64,000 nucleotides of DNA from Minisyncoccota bacterium (GTDB lineage Bacteria > Patescibacteriota > Minisyncoccia > Phycocordibacterales > PALSA-1337): the NCBI GenBank assembly GCA_041662725.1, contig JBAZRX010000004.1, positions 2,668-66,667 on the forward strand, given 5' to 3'. Every line of letters begins with the position of its first letter. The first letter of the stretch is position 1. Shown here in pieces: positions 53,249-63,184 of this stretch. The position numbers were made by a program, and so were the translations under genes. Under the pieces are notes generated by a model. It was not told the origin of the DNA. It saw only the letters and a list, made by a program, of their open reading frames with translations, and did not search any database.

Positions 53249-54607
53249 TTAATAAAGTAATGGTTGCTCAACTACCCTTTGACGTATAATTTGTATGAAA
53301 GATTCTGAATTAAAATATTTCTTAAGTTGAGTCTTCCAATCTGAACTTTTTATATCAACATCAGGAATAATTCCCTTCCCTTCAATAGGTTGATTATCAT
53401 CACCCAAAGTAATGTGATTGACTAAATACAAAGAATATTTCTGACCTGGATCAATGACTGTTTCCAAAGGATATGTATTTTCAATCGTTCCCCAACCAGC
53501 AGTAGGTGCTCCAACTGCATGGGCAATATTCAAACGTTTAAGAGCCGCTGTTGTAAGTTCTGCAGTAGACTGAGTCTTATTATCAGTTAGAACAGCGATT
53601 TCTTTATAGCGACTGATTGCGTCAAATTTAGGTTGAGTTGTACGTATAGGTAGATAATCACCATTACGGAAGAGATCAAAAACGTATTGATTGGGCCCAA
53701 TGAAGAGGCCTAAGAAGTTAAATGAAAAAGCCAGATCTCCACCAATGTTGCCACGTAAATCTATAATCATATTATTAAGTCCTTTCGTGGTAGAAGCATT
53801 CATAACCGCTATACCAAATTCCTGAAGAGATGTTGGAGAAATCTTTTTAAAATATATGTATAGCGTATTTCCTATGATACGACTAAACACCGTCGGCTCT
53901 ACTTTTACTTCATCATATAAGGCTTTACTATTTTCATCCGTAAGTACATTTTTTGCATATGCAATTTTCTTAAGTTCTGCCTTAGCTTCCGCAGAAGTAT
54001 CTTTTTTAAGAACAGCTGCTTTCTTTTCGTAAGCACTTTCTATTTGTTTCGGACTGGCTCCTTTTTCAAGGCCCAAGTTTTCGTAAAGATCATTTGTTGG
54101 ATTGATATTGCTTACTTCCTGACGAAGAGCTATTTGCTGTTGTTCAGAAAAAAGACCATTTCTTCCAAGTGGTAATAGGTTATATGTCAGCACGGTTATA
54201 GTTTGAAGTGCTAATTGTTTTTTTGCATCACTACTAGTAGCATTTGAAAAAGTAGTAGCTAGTGCCTCTGCTGTACTATTTCTATCGGTAGCTTTAGGCG
54301 TTTCTGTTAAATTCGCCGCCTTTTTCAAAGATAAATTGAAAAGTTCTGGTAATTCCGGTGAATTATGGGTCTTGTAATTTCCAGGTTTCATCCAATAGTT
54401 CTTTTCAATACTATCATAAGCTTCCATAACAAAACGTACATACAAGTCATTTTCTGCTACTGTTTTGTATTGTGGAGCTAAACTCTCTTTTAAATTCTTC
54501 TGTAGATTATCATTCTTGTAATAAAATATGCCCGCAGCTGAAGCAATTGCAATTATGATTAGAATTATCCCAAAGAAAATAATTTTTTTAAGTCTTTTTT
54601 TAAACAT
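53249..54607 (-). CDS. S41-family peptidase containing an internal DnaJ-like domain
   Basis: IIDLRGNIGG, TQSTAE, VGAPTAG, GKGIIPDV; internal DLYENLGLEKGAS...VLTDENSKALYD. Confidence 0.8.
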   Translation of the reverse strand: MFKKRLKKIIFFGIILIIIAIASAAGIFYYKNDNLQKNLKESLAPQYKTVAENDLYVRFVMEAYDSIEKNYWMKPGNYKTHNSPELPELFNLSLKKAANLTETPKATDRNSTAEALATTFSNATSSDAKKQLALQTITVLTYNLLPLGRNGLFSEQQQIALRQEVSNINPTNDLYENLGLEKGASPKQIESAYEKKAAVLKKDTSAEAKAELKKIAYAKNVLTDENSKALYDEVKVEPTVFSRIIGNTLYIYFKKISPTSLQEFGIAVMNASTTKGLNNMIIDLRGNIGGDLAFSFNFLGLFIGPNQYVFDLFRNGDYLPIRTTQPKFDAISRYKEIAVLTDNKTQSTAELTTAALKRLNIAHAVGAPTAGWGTIENTYPLETVIDPGQKYSLYLVNHITLGDDNQPIEGKGIIPDVDIKSSDWKTQLKKYFNSESFIQIIRQRVVEQPLLY

Positions 54608-54681
54608 GTGATTATTATGTATTGTTAATGATGTTGGGACTATTATACAACAAATGTGTACAAATAAATTTGATAATCATC

Positions 54682-55065
54682 TCAAATCAGATAATGACCA
54701 AAGATAAAAATACCTATAAGAAAAGCTGTAATAGCTGATATGAGTACTGCTCCCGCCGCTATATCTTTGGTATCACGAGCGTACGGATGATATTCAGGAG
54801 ATGTTAGATCAATATCAATTTCAATCGCAGTGTTAAACGCCTCAGCAGATAAAACTAGTCCTGCCGCAAAAATTAGCATCATCCATTCGGTATTTGTAAT
54901 ATCAAAATAAAACCCAAAAAATACAGCGACCGCGAGAATCGTAAGATGAACCCACACATTGTGAGTTGTCTTTAAAAATACTGAAATCCCCCGACCTGCA
55001 TGGACAAAACTTCTAGCTCTTTTGATAATCGAAAATTCTTTCTTTGTATCTATAATTTCTTCCAT
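54682..55065 (-). CDS. dgkA: diacylglycerol/undecaprenol kinase family (DgkA)
   Basis: AEAFNTAIE...D, KDIAAGAV. Confidence 0.9.
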   Translation of the reverse strand: MEEIIDTKKEFSIIKRARSFVHAGRGISVFLKTTHNVWVHLTILAVAVFFGFYFDITNTEWMMLIFAAGLVLSAEAFNTAIEIDIDLTSPEYHPYARDTKDIAAGAVLISAITAFLIGIFIFGHYLI

Positions 55066-55431
55066 TGAAATATTATATCATGATCGAACTTCGTCGCTTC
55101 TGCTTCGGCTTTGATCTCTATAGTTTCTCTATATAAGAATAAGAGATAAAAAAACTCCGAGCATATAACTCGGAGGTGTTTCTTCCATTTCTTTCCTCAG
55201 CTAGAAACACGACACTGAGGGTATATCCACTTTTCCTTGTTGCCAACCGGGAAACGATATTGGCGAGGACTTAACACATGGACTTTAGATATCTGTTAAG
55301 TAATATCTTAGCTAGCATAATGATGGTAGCACTGACATAATACAATGTACAGAGTGAGTTAATTAGATATTACAATTCGGTTATCTAACTATTACCATGC
55401 CATATGTTCCGCAGGAGACAAGCGGAAATAC

Positions 55432-55659
55432 TTATTTTTTAGATCGTTTTTTACTTTTGGGTCGAAGCTCTATCATACTTATATCACCTGTGACATGATC
55501 AATAGTAATCTCAGTTATAAGATGTACCTTACGAGGCGGTACATCTGATACCATTTGTGTAAAAGAACTATTAGAGACAAGGGCTGGCTTTTTCATAATC
55601 ATTCCTTTGTTAAAAAGTTTCACTTCCGACGACCTGATTAGCAAAACGACTGTAAGCAC
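55432..55659 (-). CDS. hypothetical protein
   Basis: Short ORF, last of three co-directional orphan ORFs; start uncertain. Confidence 0.4.
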   Translation of the reverse strand: MLTVVLLIRSSEVKLFNKGMIMKKPALVSNSSFTQMVSDVPPRKVHLITEITIDHVTGDISMIELRPKSKKRSKK

Positions 55660-56173
55660 GATCTCTTCTTGAAACTTGTATTTTTACCTTCACCACACGT
55701 TGCTTACGCTCAATATTTTCAATCGCTGTTTTTATTACAGTTGACGGCCGCCGTACAGTTAGGTTACGTAGCTCACAATTAACCGCTTGTGCACCTTCTT
55801 TTTTGAGCAAAATAATAAGTTTTAAACGTAGATCAATATTTTCAGAAAATACCTTTAAAGCATCATTATATTTTCTATTCTTCAAAGAAGGTGAGGATTT
55901 AATCACATTTAAGGCATCATTCATTATTCGTTCAATATCCGAAGTCTTATCTTCACAAACTTCAAATGGATTTTCAAAATATTTCTCAAGAAGAGAAAAC
56001 CATACTAAACGTGTAGCCCTGTGTATTTTTTCAGCGATGAGAAATGTAGGATTGTTTTGATAAATCTTAATCATGTTACACAACCCAGTAAGCACTGCTT
56101 CTAATGGAAATATTTTTGTGTTACATGTTGCAAATTCTTCATAGCCAAAAATAGGAATTGTTTCGCGTTTCAT
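55610..56173 (-). CDS. hypothetical protein
   Basis: 187 aa, GGAGG SD upstream. Confidence 0.6.
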   Translation of the reverse strand: MKRETIPIFGYEEFATCNTKIFPLEAVLTGLCNMIKIYQNNPTFLIAEKIHRATRLVWFSLLEKYFENPFEVCEDKTSDIERIMNDALNVIKSSPSLKNRKYNDALKVFSENIDLRLKLIILLKKEGAQAVNCELRNLTVRRPSTVIKTAIENIERKQRVVKVKIQVSRRDRAYSRFANQVVGSETF

Positions 56174-56185
56174 AAATCCTCCAAT

Positions 56186-56404
56186 TTATTTTGGTAATAC
56201 CCTTTTTCTTGGATCGAATTTTAATTTAACAGGAACGAAATTGGTTGGTGGTGAAGAAATCTGAGCAGGTTGCCCATTAGCTATCACCTGTCCGAGAACA
56301 GCGATACTGTTGTGTAATCCCTGCCCCATCTTTCCGGTTCCTTCCGCCACTTTTCCACCGATCTTATTACCGTATACTTTATTGATTATTGAAAAATCTT
56401 TCAT
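56186..56404 (-). CDS. hypothetical protein
   Basis: 72 aa ORF. Confidence 0.45.
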   Translation of the reverse strand: MKDFSIINKVYGNKIGGKVAEGTGKMGQGLHNSIAVLGQVIANGQPAQISSPPTNFVPVKLKFDPRKRVLPK

Positions 56405-56495
56405 AATATCTATTCTGTATTTTTATTTCAAAAAACAAGACAACATTGGATTACCGTTACAATCCAATGTTTGTTTCTATTATAAGCATATCACA

Positions 56496-57095
56496 TTATT
56501 TTAATGATTTAATATCATCAACTATCTCTGGAAATTCTGCTTGATTAAAGTGCTGTCTGTCTTCAAATATCCTGACATGGGCATTTGGAAGTCTTTTTTG
56601 ATAATCTAAAACATTTGTAAATGGTACAACCTGATCATCTTTACTTTGATAAACAAAGATATCACCACCTTGTCTGATAAGTCCAGATAGATTACCTAAA
56701 ATATTAAAATCAACCAGAGGATGTTGTTCCTCAGTATTATATGGTGCGGCCACTAAAAATGTAGCTTTAACATTTTTTGGAAAATTATTTTCTGAAAGAT
56801 ATTTAGCGAGAAAAATACCACCAAGTGAATGACCTATCAAAATAATTGGCTCATTTAGAAGTGGAATAATTTTTTCAAACCATATTTTCCATTCCGAATA
56901 TCTGGCATTTTGAGAATTTGGCATTTGTGGAGCAAAAACATCATATCCTTTTCCTAAAACATCAGCGAGATTTCTTTTCCAGTCTTTAAATCTTAATTTC
57001 TCCAAAGAAAGCTCTTTGCTTTTCAAATAAGATAAATACTCATCATATGTTAGAAATGCATTACCGCCATGAATAACTAATATTTGTTGTGACAT
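56496..57095 (-). CDS. alpha/beta hydrolase (RBBP9/YdeN family)
   Basis: VIHGG, GHSLGG, SKDDQVVP, HF. Confidence 0.9.
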   Translation of the reverse strand: MSQQILVIHGGNAFLTYDEYLSYLKSKELSLEKLRFKDWKRNLADVLGKGYDVFAPQMPNSQNARYSEWKIWFEKIIPLLNEPIILIGHSLGGIFLAKYLSENNFPKNVKATFLVAAPYNTEEQHPLVDFNILGNLSGLIRQGGDIFVYQSKDDQVVPFTNVLDYQKRLPNAHVRIFEDRQHFNQAEFPEIVDDIKSLK

Positions 57096-57276
57096 AGGAT
57101 ATATTTATAAATTATTGATTGTAACGATTACATTACACCATTTAGGTTGAAAATAATACATAACCCAAGGTTGTATGTATTTATTATAACAACACAGATA
57201 ACAAAAAAGCTCGCCACAGTGTGAACGAGCTAATTGCATATGAGATAATTAACAATTTATTATTAGTAACTATCAA

Positions 57277-58077
57277 CTATCTCATTGCTGACTCAATCTC
57301 CTCAATCGTCCTCATAACAGCATCGTAAGATGACATACCTTGCGGAGGTCGGGTGATCGGACGACCAACTACAATGCGATCTGCACCGGCTTTGATAGCT
57401 GTTGCCGGTGTCATGATTCGATCTGGATTTTGATCATCTCCAGGAACAATGGACCACAACAGCCGAATAGCTGGAGTGTTAAGCGATAGAGTGTCTCCAA
57501 ATCTTTTTCGAAGCATTCCAACTTCCTTTGGAGAAGAAATCAATCCGTCAATTCCGGCATCGGCCGCAACTTGTGCAAATCGCATAACAGCTTCCTCAAC
57601 CGAACAACCGAACATAGCTTGTGTATCAGTATCTTTAAGACTGGTAAGTACTGTTACGCCGAGTACTTCTGTATCTGGAAGTACTTGCTTAAGGGCTCTT
57701 AGTGCCAAATTACCAGCAACACACACAGTTGTGAGAAGTTCAGGTTTTGCTTTCTTGAGCAATTCCCCATCAGTGGCTAAGGTTTCACCAATATCAAAAA
57801 GTTTGAGATCAGCAAAAACTTTAAGACCACGAGCATGGATATCATCGATGAGATCATACCCGCAAGCGCGCAGAGCAGAGTTTACCTTGAGATATACTCC
57901 AGTATTTTTGAGTTTATTTGCAAGAGCAATAACCTTTTCTCTGATTTCGAAACGTGCCTCAGGGCGAAGTGAACCTTGATCATTTGCACACCATGATTGT
58001 TTTTCAACAGCTGGCACACTAGGTTTGAAATCAGCGGCGACTATTAGTCGTTCTGCTGGTTTTAACATTCTCTTCAT
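57277..58077 (-). CDS. pyrF: second orotidine-5'-phosphate decarboxylase
   Basis: LIVAAD, DLKLFDIGET, VTVLTS, TPAIR, GRPIT. Confidence 0.85.
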   Translation of the reverse strand: MKRMLKPAERLIVAADFKPSVPAVEKQSWCANDQGSLRPEARFEIREKVIALANKLKNTGVYLKVNSALRACGYDLIDDIHARGLKVFADLKLFDIGETLATDGELLKKAKPELLTTVCVAGNLALRALKQVLPDTEVLGVTVLTSLKDTDTQAMFGCSVEEAVMRFAQVAADAGIDGLISSPKEVGMLRKRFGDTLSLNTPAIRLLWSIVPGDDQNPDRIMTPATAIKAGADRIVVGRPITRPPQGMSSYDAVMRTIEEIESAMR

Positions 58078-58264
58078 ATTGCATTTCTTTCTTTGTTTCT
58101 CTTATTATGAATTTACCACATTAGTCGAAATACGACTTTTCTAACCAGATACTATATCAAAATACTTGAATAGTAAAGCAAATTATTTTGAAACAATCTC
58201 AAATTTTCTGTTGTTATCTTCTGCATTTGTATAGTCTATCAAATCTGCCACTCACCTGTCTTCT

Positions 58265-58564
58265 TTAGGCAGAAAAAGCAATGAGAATAACAACACCAGT
58301 CATAACAGAAAATGTAAGTAGAGTTTTTGTAAAAAATTCTATCGCCTCACGTTTTTCGCCATCCAAATACATGAGTATTGATCGGAAAAAGAAAGTGTAG
58401 CCCATGAAAGCAACTGATAGAACTAGTAAGCTAAGCATTGCCATAGGAGCAAGGATAGTATCGGGTTTCTCTCTAACAAATGTTGGACCATAGGTGATAA
58501 GGAGTACAACAAAGACGATGTAGAGAAGAGCGATCAGTGCATTAAGATAAGGATTTTTTGTCAT
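58265..58564 (-). CDS. small membrane protein
   Basis: 99 aa, three TM helices. Confidence 0.75.
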   Translation of the reverse strand: MTKNPYLNALIALLYIVFVVLLITYGPTFVREKPDTILAPMAMLSLLVLSVAFMGYTFFFRSILMYLDGEKREAIEFFTKTLLTFSVMTGVVILIAFSA

Positions 58565-58605
58565 GATTATATTATAGCAAATTACTAATCAAGATTCTGT
58601 CGTAT

Positions 58606-58642
58606 AAAAATACTCCGAAAGGCTTTTACCTCTCGGAGTATT
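58606..58642 (-). terminator. intrinsic terminator of purH
   Basis: aaaaatactccga...tcggagtatt. Confidence 0.7.
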
Positions 58643-58666
58643 GAGTTTTTACAGAAATAGAACATC

Positions 58667-60238
58667 TTAATGACCGAAGAAACCTCGGCCTACCTGGTCT
58701 GGAACCATGTACAGCGCGACATTGTATTTTGCACAAACGTCGATTGTCGCCTGATCTCTGACCGAGCCACTCGATGCAAAGATGGCTTTAACGCCAGCAT
58801 CGATAAGGGTTTGTGGTCCATCATGAAACGGAAAGAACGAATCACTGTATGCAGATGCTCCAACAACATCATGACCTGAACGACGAGCTCGGGTGATTGC
58901 CAAGCTGGCCGCACCAACACGATCTTGCTGACCGACACCATTGCCGATCAACTGCTCGTTCTTCACAAGTGTAATTGTATTGCTGTTTGAGGTTGAACCG
59001 ATCGCCCAGGCGAGCATCATATCACATCGTTGATCCGCCGAAGCGTTGCCATACTTCACGATCTGTTCACAATCAAAATCAGGAACAAACATGTAATTTG
59101 GTTGTACCAGGAAGCCACCGCGAACAAAGCGGAAGCGAGGTGTCTGGTCAAGCTGTCCGTCCAACTTCTCGAGAGCCGGATTGACGACGAACCGACATTT
59201 GTCACTCTTGCGACGAAGCATTGCAATAGCACCTCCAGTGAAAGCTGGAGCAATAATGCCATCCAGCATTTTACCGATCAATGATTCGCACAAAGCCTCA
59301 TCTACTTCGAAGTTCGTCATGACGAGTCCGCCAAAGATAGCAAGCGGATCGCCTGCCATCATCTTCTTCACCACTTCGACCCGATCAGGTCCCGCAGATG
59401 CACCGCACGGATTTCCATGCTTCACACCAACAGCGATCCCAGTACCGACTCTTTCATTAATTGCATATCCTTTGGCGATGTGAGTCACCGTCTGGATCAG
59501 ACGATCAATATCGCCCCAGTTGTTGTAACTCGGAGGCATGCCTTCGATCACAACAAACTTGTCGAGTGCGAGAGGGTCAGAAGTACCGGTTGAGTAGAGA
59601 TGTGCCGGTGCCTGCTGAGCATTCTCGCCATATTTGCAGGTAGCGACTCGTTTGCCAAAAAATCCGGCATACTTACCACCACTCAGGTATCCAGCTGAAG
59701 CCATGCAGTATCTGGCGGTCGTAAACTCGCCCTTTGCACAGAGTTCGTCCACAAAACCATTCTCCGGTTCGCCAGCTTTGAGCCAGTCAATAACCTTCTG
59801 ACGGTCATTCGGATCGCAGACAACGATTCGTCCACCTTTCGAGCCAGAGCGAATCATGGTGGGTCCGCCAATGTCGGTCTGCTCAATTACAGATTCCCTG
59901 GTACTGCCAGGTTTTACGATTTCCGCTTCAAGCGGATACAAATCGACGCAGACCAGATCGAGTCGTGGAATAGCGAGGTTCGCCAGCTCCGCAATATCGG
60001 CCTCGGTGTTTTTCGCAAGAAGTCCAGCATGGACCTCGCGCGATAATGTGACTACTCGATGACCGAGAATCGCTTCTCCGCCAACGAGGTTTGAAACCGG
60101 AAGGGCTTTGATGCCGTTTTCAGTAATATGCTTGAATGTTCCACCTGAAGCGTAGATCGTGAAGCCGAGCTCCACAAGTGCCTGGGCGAATTCAATGATT
60201 CCGTCCTTGTGATAGACAGATAACAGTGCATTTTTCAT
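58667..60238 (-). CDS. purH: bifunctional AICAR transformylase / IMP cyclohydrolase
   Basis: ALLSVYHK, SGGT, DIGGPTMIR, YGEN, KHGNPCG, GQQDRV, SDSFFPF; visibly more GC-rich than its neighbours. Confidence 0.95.
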   Translation of the reverse strand: MKNALLSVYHKDGIIEFAQALVELGFTIYASGGTFKHITENGIKALPVSNLVGGEAILGHRVVTLSREVHAGLLAKNTEADIAELANLAIPRLDLVCVDLYPLEAEIVKPGSTRESVIEQTDIGGPTMIRSGSKGGRIVVCDPNDRQKVIDWLKAGEPENGFVDELCAKGEFTTARYCMASAGYLSGGKYAGFFGKRVATCKYGENAQQAPAHLYSTGTSDPLALDKFVVIEGMPPSYNNWGDIDRLIQTVTHIAKGYAINERVGTGIAVGVKHGNPCGASAGPDRVEVVKKMMAGDPLAIFGGLVMTNFEVDEALCESLIGKMLDGIIAPAFTGGAIAMLRRKSDKCRFVVNPALEKLDGQLDQTPRFRFVRGGFLVQPNYMFVPDFDCEQIVKYGNASADQRCDMMLAWAIGSTSNSNTITLVKNEQLIGNGVGQQDRVGAASLAITRARRSGHDVVGASAYSDSFFPFHDGPQTLIDAGVKAIFASSGSVRDQATIDVCAKYNVALYMVPDQVGRGFFGH

Positions 60239-60399
60239 GACAATTCCTTTCAATATTCAGTTTTGACAGACAAAGGTCTGTTAGCTTTGGGAGTTATTCC
60301 CTTCAGTATCTGATCCGTATATTACTCAGAAACCTCAAATTTACAAGTAAAAATAATTGCTGGCAGGATGAGACGAAGTTAAAACATTTATATTGATCT

Positions 60400-60930
60400 C
60401 TAATTCTTTTTTAAACTCATAGTAGTTATATTCCACACCTGATTGCATAACTCTAGTATATGATCAAATTGATATGCCACAAATCCCAAATTAATTTTTT
60501 TTGATACTAAAGCATATTTTAAAGACTCAGAATCATAAACTATAATTTTTTCCTTTTCGCCGCGAATACAAAACTCATAACGCCAAACTCCATCTGCAGT
60601 CTCAATAATTTTGACATTTTCAATTCCAATATTTTTTGAAAAATCCTCAATCAAAGCACATGAGTAAATAGCTTCTAAATCATGATCCAATTTCTTTAAC
60701 TGATCTCTAATATCGTTAATTGTATTCCCTTTTATTTCCAATCTGGATGCAATGATAATCTTTGGACATAACTCCAAAAATGCATGGGCCAAATAGTAAT
60801 AAGGCAGATGCCTATCTGATATACTACCGCCATCGTGAAGCACCTCCATTGTCAATAAACAGCTACGAGCAAAATTCATCATCATTGTTCTGTTTACCAA
60901 AATCTTTGTGTCTTCTGAGAATTCGTTCAT
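60400..60930 (-). CDS. hypothetical protein
   Basis: 176 aa; AHAFLEL.K...HDL may be HEPN-like (weak). Confidence 0.55.
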   Translation of the reverse strand: MNEFSEDTKILVNRTMMMNFARSCLLTMEVLHDGGSISDRHLPYYYLAHAFLELCPKIIIASRLEIKGNTINDIRDQLKKLDHDLEAIYSCALIEDFSKNIGIENVKIIETADGVWRYEFCIRGEKEKIIVYDSESLKYALVSKKINLGFVAYQFDHILELCNQVWNITTMSLKKN

Positions 60931-60994
60931 TTTACTGGCTAACTCGGGCTACGACTGTGGTCGGTCAAGCCCAGATTAGAGAAATTAAGTAGTT

Positions 60995-61444
60995 TTAGTG
61001 TATTATTTCGAAGCAACTTGAGCACCCAGCTGTTTTAAGTAAATCTTGAATATAAGCTTTAATTTGATCCCGAGTTTTTCTCGTAAATTCAAGTTCTTTC
61101 CCTTTAGGATCAGGGACATTCCATCTAACTAATTTTGAGGACTTAATAAGATAGTCTGGCAACACTTCATCATCTTCAATAATTGCAATAACTTTATCTG
61201 AATCTTCTACCATTTTTTCAGTTAATTGTTTGCGCACAGATTTTGATATGTCTACACCCTCTTCATTCATTACATCAAGAACTTCTTTTATTTGAGGCAT
61301 TAATTCGCCAATAGGTTGCTCTGGGCCGCTCAGTTTTGTTCCTGCAGAAATAACGTCAACTTTATTATTTGTCATTTTTCTAAAAAGAGCTTCAGCTATC
61401 TGACTTCTTCCTACATTTCCTTTACATATAAATAATATTTTCAT
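60995..61444 (-). CDS. low-molecular-weight phosphatase / arsenate reductase family
   Basis: ILFICKGNVGRSQIAE, SAGT, WNVPDP. Confidence 0.9.
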   Translation of the reverse strand: MKILFICKGNVGRSQIAEALFRKMTNNKVDVISAGTKLSGPEQPIGELMPQIKEVLDVMNEEGVDISKSVRKQLTEKMVEDSDKVIAIIEDDEVLPDYLIKSSKLVRWNVPDPKGKELEFTRKTRDQIKAYIQDLLKTAGCSSCFEIIH

Positions 61445-61624
61445 TTTGAATTTAACGGGACTTGAGCACTGCTCAACTTGGCTGGGTGTCGTGGACGATG
61501 ATCGAACCTACAGGGCTAAGAATATGGATATAATAGAGCAAGTATATCATTTCTTCCAAAACTATAAAGGTACGGTATTTGAGTTATTTCCCTGCCGGTT
61601 TAACAGAGAATTCACTTAACATCA

Positions 61625-62281
61625 TTACTTTAGTTTAAGCCGTTTCAACGCTGATTGAGCTACAGAGGGAGGTATAATATTCTGCAACTCTACAACTTTG
61701 AGTCTGTGGCAATTACGAAGTTTCTTACCGCTTCCACAAGGACAATCCCAGTGACCTTTAATGTTACCTTTCGATAGATATTTCAAATATCTTTCAATAA
61801 TTACTTGTTCCACGCATCCAACCATTTCGCCATAGGCTTCCCATAATCCTTGGGTACCGTGAGATCGTTCTCCCATCGGTCTTTTTTGACCAGCTTCGGC
61901 AAGTGCATGTGAAATTAAAAAATTACGGAGTGGCCCATCTAAAAAGGCTGATATTGAGTTAGATTGAGGATTGATTAACCACTCTTCAGGGACGATTACA
62001 CACAACGTTCCATCGGCATTAGCATGCCATAGCGGATTATTTAGCGGAACTCTTCCACCCAATTCCTTAACAACAGGAATGCTTTTTGGAAAATCATGAG
62101 GTATTTTGACTTCAATCTGAAAACGATCCAGTTCAATTCCATCGTGGATAATTGGGAATCCTCCTCGCAAACAAACAACATTTTTTTCAATCAAAATCCT
62201 TAGATCTTGATATTTCTTTTCTAGATCCTGCCTCAGCTGCTCAAGAAGAGATGGTGATTTTTTGTACCACAACATTATCAT
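61625..62281 (-). CDS. prokaryotic E2 ubiquitin-conjugating-like protein with C-terminal SEC-C motif (CBASS-associated)
   Basis: IPHDFPKSIP, WHANADGTLC, CPCGSGKKLRNCH. Confidence 0.75.
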   Translation of the reverse strand: MIMLWYKKSPSLLEQLRQDLEKKYQDLRILIEKNVVCLRGGFPIIHDGIELDRFQIEVKIPHDFPKSIPVVKELGGRVPLNNPLWHANADGTLCVIVPEEWLINPQSNSISAFLDGPLRNFLISHALAEAGQKRPMGERSHGTQGLWEAYGEMVGCVEQVIIERYLKYLSKGNIKGHWDCPCGSGKKLRNCHRLKVVELQNIIPPSVAQSALKRLKLK

Positions 62282-62286
62282 TCCAT

Positions 62287-63183
62287 TTAATCTACCCAGG
62301 GCTTTGTTTTAATTATGGCCGCACTAGAGGCCTGAGTTAATCCAGAAATTCGTTGTGTCTCGTCAATGAGCTTCGATGTTCCGAACACAGATTCCCATCC
62401 CAAGTTTTCAATGGTTTTTAGTGTTGAATTCGCTGCGCTGGAAAGCTCTTGCCAATATTGAGCCATAATATCGGACAAATCATTCCCGTTTGGATTTGCA
62501 GGATCTTCAACAGAAATTGGATCTTTCGTATCACGTATCACTGTCCATACATGTAGCAACTGGTCCTCTAAACTTTTTGAAGATTTACCTTTCAGCAAGT
62601 CTATTATTAATAATTCCCATATGAACTGTTTCAACCGCAACCCCTTTCGCACTTTCCAAAGTTTCAGTAATTTAATTGTATCAGTCACTCCACTACCTCT
62701 CACATGGCTAATGTGTTTATCGAGGTTTGTTTTTAGTCTCGTTTTATCTGCATTCGCCTGAAAAATAAAACAATCCCCATCGTCGCCTTCAACATAGCGT
62801 CCCGGAACAACATCAATATGAAAATCGCTCGCGAGCCCCTGTGCATCCTTACTCTTCAAACGAAGAGCCGAGTTTTTTTGAATTACACAGTATTCTTTTT
62901 CCAAGGCAGATTTGACATTGTTATAAATATCCTCCAGAGAATTGCCTGCCGACATGTCGTCGTTTGGAAAATAACAGATGATATCGAGATCATACATAGC
63001 CGAGATTAAAGTTCCTTTAGCTTTTGAACCACCATAGCGAATTTTTGGTGAACAGTCCTTAAACTTATCTCGGAGCAATTTTTCAACGTCTGCCCGATGT
63101 CCCTGCAATTCTTTCATTTCTTTACTGTCGTCACCTAACTTTTGTAACTCCAGTACAGTGATTAGATACTCATTAGTAGTCAT
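62287..63183 (-). CDS. CD-NTase (cGAS/DncV-like cyclase)
   Basis: GGSKAKGT...YDLD, IDVVPG, IKLLKLWK, DPANPNGND, C-terminal KPW. Confidence 0.88.
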   Translation of the reverse strand: MTTNEYLITVLELQKLGDDSKEMKELQGHRADVEKLLRDKFKDCSPKIRYGGSKAKGTLISAMYDLDIICYFPNDDMSAGNSLEDIYNNVKSALEKEYCVIQKNSALRLKSKDAQGLASDFHIDVVPGRYVEGDDGDCFIFQANADKTRLKTNLDKHISHVRGSGVTDTIKLLKLWKVRKGLRLKQFIWELLIIDLLKGKSSKSLEDQLLHVWTVIRDTKDPISVEDPANPNGNDLSDIMAQYWQELSSAANSTLKTIENLGWESVFGTSKLIDETQRISGLTQASSAAIIKTKPWVD

Positions 63184-63184
63184 T

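Noticed and set aside
60255-60400. ZTP riboswitch upstream of purH
   Set aside because: Only two small hairpins are present and I could not find the conserved ZTP motif elements.
61480-61520. Possible tRNA fragment/att site (GGTTCGATC on the minus strand) next to the CBASS genes
   Set aside because: No cloverleaf or acceptor stem can be built and no matching second copy is visible.
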